Source: Raja brachyura | Lineage: Eukaryota | DNA length: 64,000 bases | Reading direction: 5' to 3' | Assembly: GCA_963514005.1 (NCBI GenBank) | Contig: OY740781.1 | Span: forward strand, 98,208,001 to 98,272,000 | Part shown: positions 32,897-44,210 of the stretch, in pieces | Numbering within the stretch: the stretch's first letter is position 1 | How the letters are laid out: every line of letters starts with the position of its first letter | Made by a program: the position numbers and the translations under genes | Notes under the pieces: generated by a model | The model's input: the letters and a program-made list of their open reading frames with translations, nothing else | What the model was told of the DNA's origin: nothing | The model's database searches: none

Positions 32897-33319
32897 TTGA
32901 AGGCTCAATGTTCATTCAGGCAGATTACATTAGTGTCACGTAGGTGAGCAGCCTTTTAAACAAGAAGGTTGCAGTGAATAAAAGTCTGTGAAGGTACAGT
33001 GAATATCCAGCAGTTTCTGAAGCAGAAATACATAATTCATGCCTAAAAAAGAGTCTAATGATCCACAGTGACATACTGTATTTAGCCATGTTAAGAAAAT
33101 TAAAATGGAAAATAAATAAAAACTGCAGATCTTGGCAATTTGAAATATAAAAACGTAATATAAATAGACACAATGTTAATCTGAATTTCTAAAGGGACAA
33201 ACAGATTCATGGTGGTTTTGAGTTTTTTTATGCTTTCAGTTGCATTAGGTATGATTAAGTTAATAGCATTTTTGTGTCCGAAAGTTTGAAGTTTCAGGCT
33301 AAGATCTGTCAAATATTAG

Positions 33320-33945
33320 CACATGGCAGAGCTAGTAGAGCTAGTGCATCACCAGCAGAGACCTAGGTTCCATCCTTACCATGGGTGCTTTATGTGTGGT
33401 GTTTGCATGTTCTCATTGTGAATGCATAGGTTTCTGAGTGTCCAGTTTCCACCCATGTCCTAAAGACATGCAAGATGTGGTTAGTTGGCCACTGTAAATT
33501 GCTCCTAGTGTTAAGATGTGGGAGAAGGTGAGGTGGCAAAGTGACGCAGTATGTAGAGCTGCTGCCTCACAGTGCCAGAGTCCCAGGTTCGATCCCAATA
33601 TTGGGTGCTGTCTGTGTGGAGTTTGCATGTTCTCCTAGAGTCCGCATAAGTATCCTCCGGGTACTCCAGTTTTGCCCCACATCCCAACGATGTGAGGGTA
33701 TGTAGGCTCATTGGCCTCTGTGATATTACCCCTAGTGGATGATTAAGTGGGATAACATAGAACTAGTGTGAACGGGTGATCGATGGTCAGCGTGGAATGG
33801 GACTCGTTGAGCCGAAGGGGCTGTTTTCAAGCTGTATCTTTCCAATGACTCCAAAATTATGAGGAAAATTAATAGCAAAAGGGATTCATGTGGGATCAGT
33901 GTAAATGAGTGATCAGCATGAGATCAGTGATCTTTGTGAGTCTAT
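33320..33945 (+). mobile_element. Two nested/tandem tRNA-derived V-SINE (HE1-like) copies
   Basis: B-box-like ggttcgatcc (about 33586), V-domain tgtgtggagtttgcatgttctcc, and CR1-like tail gccgaagggg. The second copy spans about 33535-33845. Confidence 0.8.
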
Positions 33946-34339
33946 GGGAAATTGTCACCTAAGAAGTTAAAACCAGGACTTATCTTTTCCTGCAGATGGA
34001 TTGTAAAAATCATGTGACACAATTTAGAAGAAAGATTTCCTGCCCAAGAGTTCCTTCCCAGTATTCACACTGGTTTATGGCAATTCTTACTGTGAACAAA
34101 CTAGACGCCACATTTCCTTCTTCACACAATGTATACAATTACTTACTTCTTTGTTTGTAAATAATTTTTGCTTCAGACATTATCTCGAATACTGTAGCAC
34201 AACCTTCGGCCTACAATGTATGTGCCAAAACATGATAGATATTATCTATGCCTCTTATAATGTTATATACTTCTATCTGGTCTCCCCTGACTCCTCCATG
34301 CTCCAGACAAAGCAATCCATGTCTGTCCTCCGTTGTTAG

Positions 34340-34586
34340 AGTGAGGCTTAAGTAAATTGGAGAAACAGCATCTCACATTTCGCTTGGGCAGCTTACAGCC
34401 CAGTGGTATGAATATTGATTTATCTAATTTCAAGTAAACCCGGCATTCCCTCTCTCTCTATTCTTCCTCCACCCAAGTCACACCAGCTTCTCGTTTTCAC
34501 CCAACAAGCAATTAACAATAGCCTGTTTCCTTTATCATCATTACTTTTTTGCATATCTTTCAGTCATTGTTCTTTATCTCTCTACA
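34340..34586 (+). mobile_element. Penelope GIY-YIG C-terminus and 3' UTR fragment
   Basis: Homologous to 49080-49370 (cagcatctcacatttcgcttggg; cccaagtcacaccagcttctc). Confidence 0.8.
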
Positions 34587-35077
34587 TAATCATAATAATA
34601 ATAATCATAATCATAAACATAATTTATTAGCCAAGTATGTTTTGCAACATACGAGGAATTTAATTTGCCATACAGTCATACCGAAAAAGCAACAAGACAC
34701 ACAACTACATAAAATTTGACAAAAACATCCACCACAGCGGCTCCTCCACATTCTTCACTGTGATGGAAGGCAATAAAGTCTTATCTTCTTTCATCCATTT
34801 TCTTCCATGGTCGGAAGAGTCGAACCATCTGGCGTCGGGGCGGTCGAAGCTCCTGCATTTGGAGCTCCCGAAGTCGGTCCCTGGCAAAAGGATCGCAAGC
34901 TCCACGATGGTAAGTCCGCGGACACCGCGGTTGGAGATCCCAAAGTCGGTCCCCAGCAAGAGGCTGCCAGCTCCACGATGTTAGGCCGCAGTGTGGAAGG
35001 AGATGTGACACGGAAAAAAATTGCATCTCCATCGAGGAAAGAGATTAAAAAGTTACCCCCCACCACCCCCCACATAA
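34587..35077 (-). mobile_element. GC-rich SINE-like family, copy C
   Basis: gccaagtatgttttgcaacatacgaggaattt is identical to copy A. Truncated by the Helitron at 35078. Confidence 0.75.
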
Positions 35078-35600
35078 TCTATATTACTAAAAGTGACCAC
35101 TTCCTTGACCACTTCCTGTTTTCCTGTTTCATAATTTTAGAAAAAACGCTGCCACTTAGGGCTGTGATTTTTGGCCAGCTTACTCAGAGCCCCCCTCCGC
35201 TACGCAGGACAAGAGGGTTGTTCCCATCGGTGAAACATAAAAGAGTTATTAATGTTTAAAAAATATTGACATTCTCTCTGCTGCCCCTGCTGGTGGGAGG
35301 GGGAGGGATTATAAAACCCAGAAGTGTTGTGCCTCAGTCAGTCTCTGCAAGATGGGGGAAGTGAGAGGGCATGTCTCTCAGTCTGAGCTGTGAATAACAC
35401 TGAACATATGTCTACTAAACTGTGAGTGTGGTTTTACTGACCTTGAGTGCCCTTAATGTGGTTTGAAAATGAAAATGAAAATGTGGTTGGTTTGAAGTAA
35501 AAGCACTGCAAATAGTTGGTGGGGGTTTGGGTTGAAGTACAAGCACTGCAAATGCTGGGGTGGGGTTTTGGGTTGAAGTAAAAGCACTGGAAAACTTCAG
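35078..35600 (+). mobile_element. Non-autonomous Helitron, 5' portion
   Basis: A|TCTATATTACTAAAAG start. Body homologous to 54679 onward and 57563 onward. Confidence 0.8.
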
Positions 35601-35609
35601 GAAAATTGG

Positions 35610-35998
35610 ACACCGAATAGTGGAGAGTGAAGACGACCTCCTTCGATATCCTTTGACCTCCCTTGGACTATGATGAAGACTATCTACGACTACCTTCGAT
35701 TCCCTTCGACTACCCTCGATTACCTATGACTAACATGCTGACATGTAACATTACTACGACCTACTACGACTAAACCTACGAGTAAAAAAAGTACACATTT
35801 TTTCCATGGCGACCTTTTTTCACATATTGAAAAAAAACTCCGCAACCTAGCTGAGGCCTCGAGTACGCGGAGACCGCTCTCGAGCATGAAGGAGAGCTAC
35901 GAAGACCTCCTACAACTTCGTGTCGACCATGCTGCGAGTATGTCGAGGGCAAACTCGGCAGCACTCGCGGATTAGGTCGCCCAAGTGGGACAGGCCCT
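35610..35998. mobile_element. PIF/Harbinger-type MITE, right half
   Basis: Ends aagtgggacaggccct|taa, the same TIR as 38393-38410. Confidence 0.7.
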
Positions 35999-37120
35999 TA
36001 ACCTGCAGTGTAGGCAGTGCTGCATATAACCTCTAAAGATTAAACACTATAGGTATTTCAAGATTTATGAACATTCTATTTACAAATTTTTGCTATAATG
36101 TCATTGTATTCAGTTTCTGAATCTATTTTTGACCATAATAAATAGCACACTGGTCTCCACTCATAAGAGAACACTGTACCAAAATAACCATCATACATCT
36201 TGCTCAGCTTTTTTCTATTTATGTAATTTTGCTTGATGAGATGGATCCAAGAACACATCCTATTTGTAAATTTGTGCGTAAGCGTTTATGCATGACTCAA
36301 CTTGAACTCGACAAATTGAGAAATACTTCTTCAAAAACTTACTGTCGAATCCAATTTGAAAGTAAATTTCTTTGAGAGGTACCAATCAAATGTAAATCCA
36401 AGGAAAACAAAGGGTCCTAACCCAAAACAACATCCCCGTTCACTGCTGAATTACTCTAGCACTTTGTATCTATCTTTGGTAAAAATTAGCATTTGCAGTT
36501 TCTTATTTCTACATTCTACCTTTTTTTGTTGAATAGCTTAGATCTTCTCTTTAGAGGAACTGTAGTATATAAAGCATCTAATTCCCAATCTGCTTTAATG
36601 CCATTAGTGTATTTTTGCACAAAATGTTTTGTCATGTGGTTATTGGGGTCATATTATGAGTCCTGTTCCCAATGAAGAAATAAACTGAAAGATCACATTG
36701 AAGAGACACCAAAAGCTAAAGTAACTCAGCGGGATAGACAGCATCTCTGGAGAGAAGGAATGGATGACGTTTCAGGTCGTGACCCATTGTTTAGAAAGGT
36801 GAGTGCCCATACAATGACTACTAATATATTGTCTGATATTTTCAATGGATAACAAAGCATGGACTGCACATGCCTAACTCTTCCCATAAAGGTGAGACTA
36901 CCTGGAAGAATTATAGACCCACAATTGAGGCCAGTTGGATTTAGGCAAAAAAGATGGTACTTGTGAGGGAATCTATTTCTTAGCCTAATTATCCCATGAC
37001 AGAAGTAAAAACCTTCAAAGCATCACAGAACAAAAATCCAATATATTGGTCGTGAGTATGGCATCAAAATTGAATTTTGAACTATAACTGAGTTCATCTA
37101 AAACTGATTCAAAGATAAAA

Positions 37121-37193
37121 CAAAGGTAGACACAAAATGCTGGAGTAACTCTGAGTCCCGCTGAGTTACTCCAGCATTTTGTGTCTACCTTTG
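37121..37193. repeat. Perfect 31-bp inverted repeat (Penelope pLTR-derived)
   Basis: 37121-37151 is the exact reverse complement of 37163-37193. Confidence 0.95.
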
Positions 37194-37635
37194 ATTTAAA
37201 CCAGCATCTGCAGTTCTTTGCTACTCAAAGGTATAAAACATTGCCCAAGCCAGCTGTGTAATTTGTAAAGGGAAGAAATGTATTACAACATACCTGTGGA
37301 AGTCAAGAAATTAAAATTAAAGAACATCAATATAGCCTGGCTTTTTCTCAGAAACTAATCATTGACAGATAAGCAAATTTTTTCATACACAAATCCCTCA
37401 ATATAGCATTATGATTCACCAGCAGGATTAACAAATGTCAAAGACAGGTAACTCTGTGGTGACTATTTTGCCATTTGACTTTCCAAAATGTTTCCATCAA
37501 GTGAGGGCACAAATCAATACTGTAACAGAGAAGTCTTTCCCACCAGGGTGACAGCAGTTCCAACGCAACTCAGGAAAAACAGTATTACCCATGACCAGGC
37601 AGAAGTATTAATGGATAACCCATTCACCAGTGTAA

Positions 37636-38410
37636 TGGGCCCACTTAGGCGACTTTTTAGACGCGTGCAGGAGAAACTGCGCTCACCACATGGTCGCCAC
37701 TTGTTTGCTGGTGGTCTCTGGTGAGTCTCCTTCATGTTCGCGAGGAGTTCCTGCATTGTGGGAACTAGTCGGAGCCTCAGTATGGGTGCTAAAAAAATGT
37801 CAACATGTTCTGCGAACAAAAATTGGTCGCCATGGAGGTAATCGATAACCCTGTAGTCATATGTACAGTTGTGGTGGGGTTGCCATGTAGTTGTAGGTAG
37901 TCGAGGTAGCCATAGGTAGTTTTAGTTAATTGTCTTTGCTGACTGGGCAGTTTCATTGGCTCATTGGGGAAAGTAAAGTAAGCACGAGTTTTTAGAACCA
38001 AGGATAACCGACTGGTAATGTTAAATGTCCGCCGAACTTCACACCTGTGTATCTCTGGCTTATTAAAAGTTGTCTGGCTTCTTAAATGTTGTCTCCACTC
38101 CTTTTCCTCCCTTATTACCCTTTCTCCCCCCTCCCTACCCCCCCCCCCCCCTCTTTTAAAGGGCTCACTGTGCTAGCCATCTTAATTACAGCGCCATCCT
38201 TCCTGTTCATCACAGTGTGTGTTTGTATCACCTTGGCTTTGCACTGTGTGAATTTCAGACAGCGACCCCCCCCCCCCCCCCCGCTGCTTGCCCTGTCCCC
38301 ACCTTTGCGATTGTGTGTGTGTTCCACTCCGACAGTCGCTGTTCCAGTTCCCGGTTTTTCAGGTGATTGCCGGCAGTCCGCTGAAAAATCGCCTAAGTGG
38401 GACAGGCCCA
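37636..38410. mobile_element. PIF/Harbinger-type MITE with TAA TSD
   Basis: taa|tgggc[5 bp lost]ccacttaggcga ... tcgcctaagtgggacaggccca|taa. Confidence 0.8.
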
Positions 38411-41400
38411 TAAATACACATTCGCAACACAGCGCTTTATCAGTGTTGTAGTGCACCATCTCTGATAGATTTGGCAGCGACTTCTTAAGGTTTCTTTGAC
38501 ACCATTTTCCAAAATTGCAAACTCTACTTTATAGAAGGCCAAAAACACCAGGAACAAGGGGAAACCCATCAGGTGCTTCTACTTGTTGTCACACTGCATA
38601 TTTAAAAATCATGTTTGGTTTTTAGCTTAGTTGAAACCTTAGTTCCATTATAATCAACATTCCAGGACACCTTATCTAACTGCATTGCAAGAATAACTTC
38701 AGCGCAAGATCCGAAGAAGGCCGTCACCACTCTCTTTGCAAAGGCAACTGGGCATGTAATGTGAAAGAATAATATTTTAGATCAGTTGTGAAAATGAAAG
38801 GGACATGTTCGATTTATCCTCTGAATGCATGATTAGGCCTATAGGAACCCTGCAAATATGCTTAAATGGCCGAAGTAACACTATTCACTTACATACTACC
38901 CACTATTACCCGATAAAGAACAATGCCATTGGATGCATTTAATGAATATAGAGCAAGGTTAAATGAAAAGTAAGAGGTATGTGGAATTTTAGTCCTCGTT
39001 AAATGCACATGATACATATTAAAATACAGCACCAAGCACAGGAATAATTCCAAAATAGGTTAGAAATGATTACAAGTCACATAATATCTGTGGAGAGAAA
39101 CATAGCTCAGATTATATGATAGTTTATTTTTAGAAAACTATATGAATTGATCCCAATTCAGGGGTGAATTAATGTTAGTGTCATGCAATTGAAAATGCAA
39201 AAACGAATGAACATGCATTTATATAGCAACTTTCAAAACCTAAGGGCATCCTAAAGCATCACTGGTCAAAGTAGTGCTCCTGTATTGCATACCTGCTGCA
39301 CCAATTTGTTTACGTTATCATCACAAGATGATATCAATTACCACTGGATCATGACCACACCAATGCACAACATATCACGCATTACCACACTATCACATAT
39401 CTCACCACATCAGCAGATCACCCTTCCATTGCCTCCAACTTGACAGTACCCCAACCCAATCATGAAGAAGGGTTCTGACCCAAAATGTCTTTAGTCCATT
39501 TCTCTCCACAGATGCTGCCTGCCTATTGGCTCTAAGGAGAGGTTGGGCAGATCTGGAATGCTATTTTTTCTGGAGTGTTGGAAGCTAAGGAATAAACTGT
39601 TGAATGTTTATTAAATTATGAGAGACATGGATTGGGTAAATGGTCAGAATCATTTTTTCCACAGCGGGAGACATCAAATACTGGAGGGCATGGATTAAAG
39701 ATGAGTGAGGGATAGTTTAAGGGAGAAGTACAGGGCATGTGTTTTACAAAGAGCCGATCTGGATAATGTTGCTGTGAAATAAGAGGCTGCATGAGAATTG
39801 AATTCTCCAACTGCTCCCACTGTGTATATATGACTGAATAACCCAAACTAGTGGCACTGCACATCCTACTTTGTTGGGTAATGCAGGAGATGTATGCTTA
39901 TTATGCCCTGTTGAATTTGGAAGCAAATCAGTGATCGAGAAATGTGCGACAAAGCCCAATTCTGAATTTAGACATCCATTGGTACTTATACCTTAATTAC
40001 TTTATAAAGATGCCATGAATATAATCAGCAATACTTCTCCTGAAAACAAATAAGAATGGGTTCTGAAAAAAGCCTTACCAATTTCATTGGAATTAACTTT
40101 CAGAGGATTTTGTTCCTGCCATTATCATGGCCAACATGCTACAATTACTGAAAAGAGGATATTTAAATTGTTGTTTATCGATGCATTTGATACTCTCATT
40201 AGACTGGAAATGGAAACGGAAATGCCCCTATTTCAAATGCTGACATTTTCCATGCAAATATAAAAAGTTGTTTTTGACAAAATTGGAATCAGGAAGCCCA
40301 TTTCAGCAGACTCCAGCTCACCAATTTATTCATTTATTTTTAGAAGCATGGTTGTTTTATTAGTTGAAGGAAGCATCCTTGAAGGTGAATTGTTTAACAC
40401 TGAAGGTTTCAAAATTCATTCAAGTAAAACATAATATGAGTACATTTAATAGCTTGCATATCACTCATCATTATATGAAAGGGATTGAAAATGGGATCAC
40501 AATGCCATAAAATGTAGGGATGTCAGTTAGAGGTCAAATATGACCATACATACATGTTAAAGTCCCAGTAATGGATTGGAAAGCATGCTTCAATCACACC
40601 AAAAACTATCATTTTGTTATTTTAAAGGGGAAAAAAAAACATGATTTGAATGAACTAGCTCTCTTAATTATTTTTTATTGTTTAACAATATTTGAATAAT
40701 ATAACAGTGGGAAATACTTAATTTGCTGTGTGAACTACGTGTATCCAGTAAAATGTTTAACTCTGATAGAGTGCACGGGTTCAAATAAAACCAAAACTTA
40801 TGCACTTACATAATTTCCTCATTTTCAAAATCCCTCAGAAATCATTTTCATACTTGATCGTGTCAAACCATTTTTTAAAGATTCAAACGTTAACCTCTTA
40901 ACTGCGCAAATGAAATTCTTTATCAAAGTAAAATAATTATTCATATAAAGAGCACACTAGGGATTATCCAAAATGTTAAAGATAAATGTAAAGCACATCG
41001 GAAATCATTTCATGAATTATGTATAATATGAAGATCAAACTATCAGATCAAATAATAGGAAGCATCTTATTTCTAGACATATGCCAAAGGAAATAATAGG
41101 TAATTAAAAGTAACAAATTCTTGTTTAACACAGAATTATTGTTTTTGAAAGACACTATCGCAATTCTTCCAACCTGTCAGAAGGTCCTCAATCTAGTTTT
41201 TTTTCTTTCTGAATGACGGAGGAGGATATATTTATTCCAATTATGCAAAAGCCTGATCAAATTGAGAATTACGTAAATCAATCTACTGTACATTAGCTTT
41301 ACTTCAGTGCAATAATTATTATCACATGAAATGTCTGGATTGAATCATGTGTGGCATCGATGCTGCCAAAAAGCGACAAGCTCACCCTGTCCATCCAATT

Positions 41401-42109
41401 ATGCATGAAATTGTCCAACAGACTAGTTTTAAACAGATGTCAATCTACTCAGCCATTATGCATTGTGGCAGGTGTAGGTTTACTAAATAAAGACTGTACT
41501 TTTATTTAGAAGATGTATTGTGGGCATGGAGTGGAGGAATGACAGATCATGTCACCTGTGGAAACTTGGAACTCTCTTAGAAAATCTCAAATTTAATTAC
41601 AACTGTCATCTTGTTTGTTTTTACTTTTCAGTTTCCCTTCTATTAAATGGCTGTAGGGTACAGTGCATTCAGAAAATATTTAGGCCCTTCACTTTTTCCA
41701 CATTTGGTTACGTTACAGCCTTATTGTAAAATGGATTCAATTCTTTTTTTTTACCATCAATCTACATACAATACCCCAGAATGATGAAGCGAAAACAGGT
41801 GTTTAGAAATGTTTGCAAAGTAATTAAAAATAAATAACTGAAATATCACATTTATATAAGTATTCAGACCCTTTGCTATAACACTCAAAATTGACTTTAG
41901 GTTCATCCTGTTTCCATTGATTATCCTTGAGATGTTTCTACAAACTATCAGATCAAATAATAGGAAGCATCAAATTATTGTTTTTGAAAGACACTATTGC
42001 AATTACTTCTTCCAACCTGTCAGAAAGTCCTCTATCTAGTATTTTATTTTTCTGAATGACGGATGAGGATATATTTAGTCCAATTACCCAATCATCGGGT
42101 AGGGCCTCC

Positions 42110-42795
42110 AGCGGCCGCCTCGCCAGCAGCACGTCTGTCGATTTGACATTTTTTGTTATTTTTAGTGCGTCTAAATGAATGATTTAATGTTTCCAGTATG
42201 TTTTATGTGGAGGGTGGGGGGGGGGGGGGAAACAAGGGGAAACCATTTTCAGTCACTTACCTCGACGGGGTTGTGACTTTTCTTCTTGTCACATCTTCAC
42301 CCTCCTCGCGGCATAACAACTGGTTTGGTGCAGACTCTCCAGACCGGAGACTGGCCCAGAGCTTCAGCAGTTGTTGTGGCGTGGACTTACCATCGCGGAG
42401 CCTGGGATCCTTTGCTGAGGATCGCCAGTGTTGGAGCTCCGACCACGGGGGCGTGCTGACTGCAGAGGTCTTCGGAGCTTCTAGCCATGGGCGCGGCGCG
42501 GACTTACCATCGCAGAGCCTGGGATCCCTTGCCGGCATCACCAGAAGAAGTGCTCTGACTGCTGGCCCGTGGACTTTAGCTTTGTGATGCCGCTGTTTCC
42601 AGTAAGAAGTGGCCGATTCGGGAACTCCGAGTTCTGATCCATCCCGACGTCTGAGTTTCGATCATTCCGACGAGAGGGCTTGTACATCTGGCTGTCCGTA
42701 GCAGCAACTGCGAAGGGTTCAAGGCCCTGACCACAGGTGAACAAAGCAGGAAGATTGACTGAACTTTATCGTCTTCCATCACAGTGAGGAACGCT
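42110..42795 (+). mobile_element. GC-rich SINE-like family, copy D (3' tail lost)
   Basis: Head ttttttgttatttttagt...ttttatgtgg plus G-run. 3' box gaactttatcgtcttccatcacagtgaggaa. Confidence 0.75.
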
Positions 42796-43668
42796 GAAGA
42801 GCACAGTGGTCTCCGTCATTCGTAAATGGAAGAACCTGGAACCACCAGAACTCTTCATAGAGCTGGCCACCCGGCCAAATTGAGCAATCGGGGAAGAAGG
42901 GCCTTGGTGAGGGAGGTGACCAAGAACCATATGGTCACTCCGATAGAGCTCCAGAGCTCCTCTGTGGAGATGGGAGAACCTTTCAGAAGGACAACTATAT
43001 CTGCAGCACTCCACCAATCTGGCCTTTATGGAAGAGTGGTCAGATGGAAACCACTCTTCAGTAAAAGGCACATGACAGCCCACTTGGAGTTTACCAAAAG
43101 GCACTTAAAGGACTCAGACCATGATGAAACCAAGAGTGAACTCTTTGGCCTGAATGGCAAGCGTCACTTCTGGAGGAAACCAGGCATCGCTCATCACAGT
43201 GAAGCATGGAGGTGGCAGCATCATGCTGTGGGGATGTTTATCAGCAGCAGGAACTGGGAGACTAATCAGGATCGAGGGAAAGACGAACGGAGCTAAGTAC
43301 AGAGAGATCCTTGATGAAAACCTGCTCCAGAGCATTCTGGACCTCAGACTAGTGTGGAGGTTTACCTTCCAACAGGACAACGACCCTAAGCACACAGCCA
43401 AGACAATGCAGGAGTGGCTTTGTGACAAGTCTGTGAATGTCCTTGAGTGGGCCAGCCAGAGACCGAACTTGAACACGATCAAACATCTTTGGAGGGGCCT
43501 GAAAATAGCTGTGCATTGACGCTCCTATCCAAACTGGCAGAGCTTGAGAGGATCTGCAGAGAAGAATGGGAGAAATTACCCAAATACAGGTGTGCCAAGT
43601 TTGTAGCATCATACCCAAGCAGATTTGAGGCTGTAATCGCTGCCAAAGGTGCCTCAACAAAAGACTGA
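42796..43668 (+). pseudogene. Tc1 transposase, frameshifted and N-terminally deleted
   Basis: [44 protein letters not shown] (catalytic E changed to K), AAKGASTK. Confidence 0.9.
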
Positions 43669-44210
43669 GTAAAGGGTCTGAATACTTATGTAAATATGAT
43701 ATTTCAGTTATTTCAGTTATATGCTTTGTGTCTCAATGCAAGGAGTATTCGTAATAAGGTGGATGAGTTGAACGTGCAGATAGCTATTAATGAGTATGAT
43801 ATAGTTGGGATCACGGAGACATGGCTCCAGGGTGACCAAGGCTGGGAGCTGAACATCCAGGGATATTCAATATTCAGGAGGGATAGAGAGAAAGGAAAAG
43901 GAGGTGGGGTAGCGTTGCTGGTTAGAGAGGAGATTAACGCAATGGAAAGGAAGGACATTAGCTTGGAGCATGTGGAATCGGTATGGGTAGAGCTGCGAAA
44001 CACTAAGGGGCAGAAAACGCTAGTGGGAGTTGTGTACAGCCCATCCTAACAGTAGTAGTGAAGTTGGGGATGGTATCAAACAGGAAATTAGAAATGCGTG
44101 CGACAAAGGCAAAACAGTTATAATGGGTGACTTCAATCTACATATAGATTGGGTGAATCAAATTGGCAGGGGCGCTGAGGAAGAGGATTTTTTGGAAAGT
44201 ATGCGGGATA

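Noticed and set aside
33535-33610. tRNA gene
   Set aside because: Only degenerate A/B boxes with no cloverleaf. The sequence runs directly into a V-SINE core.
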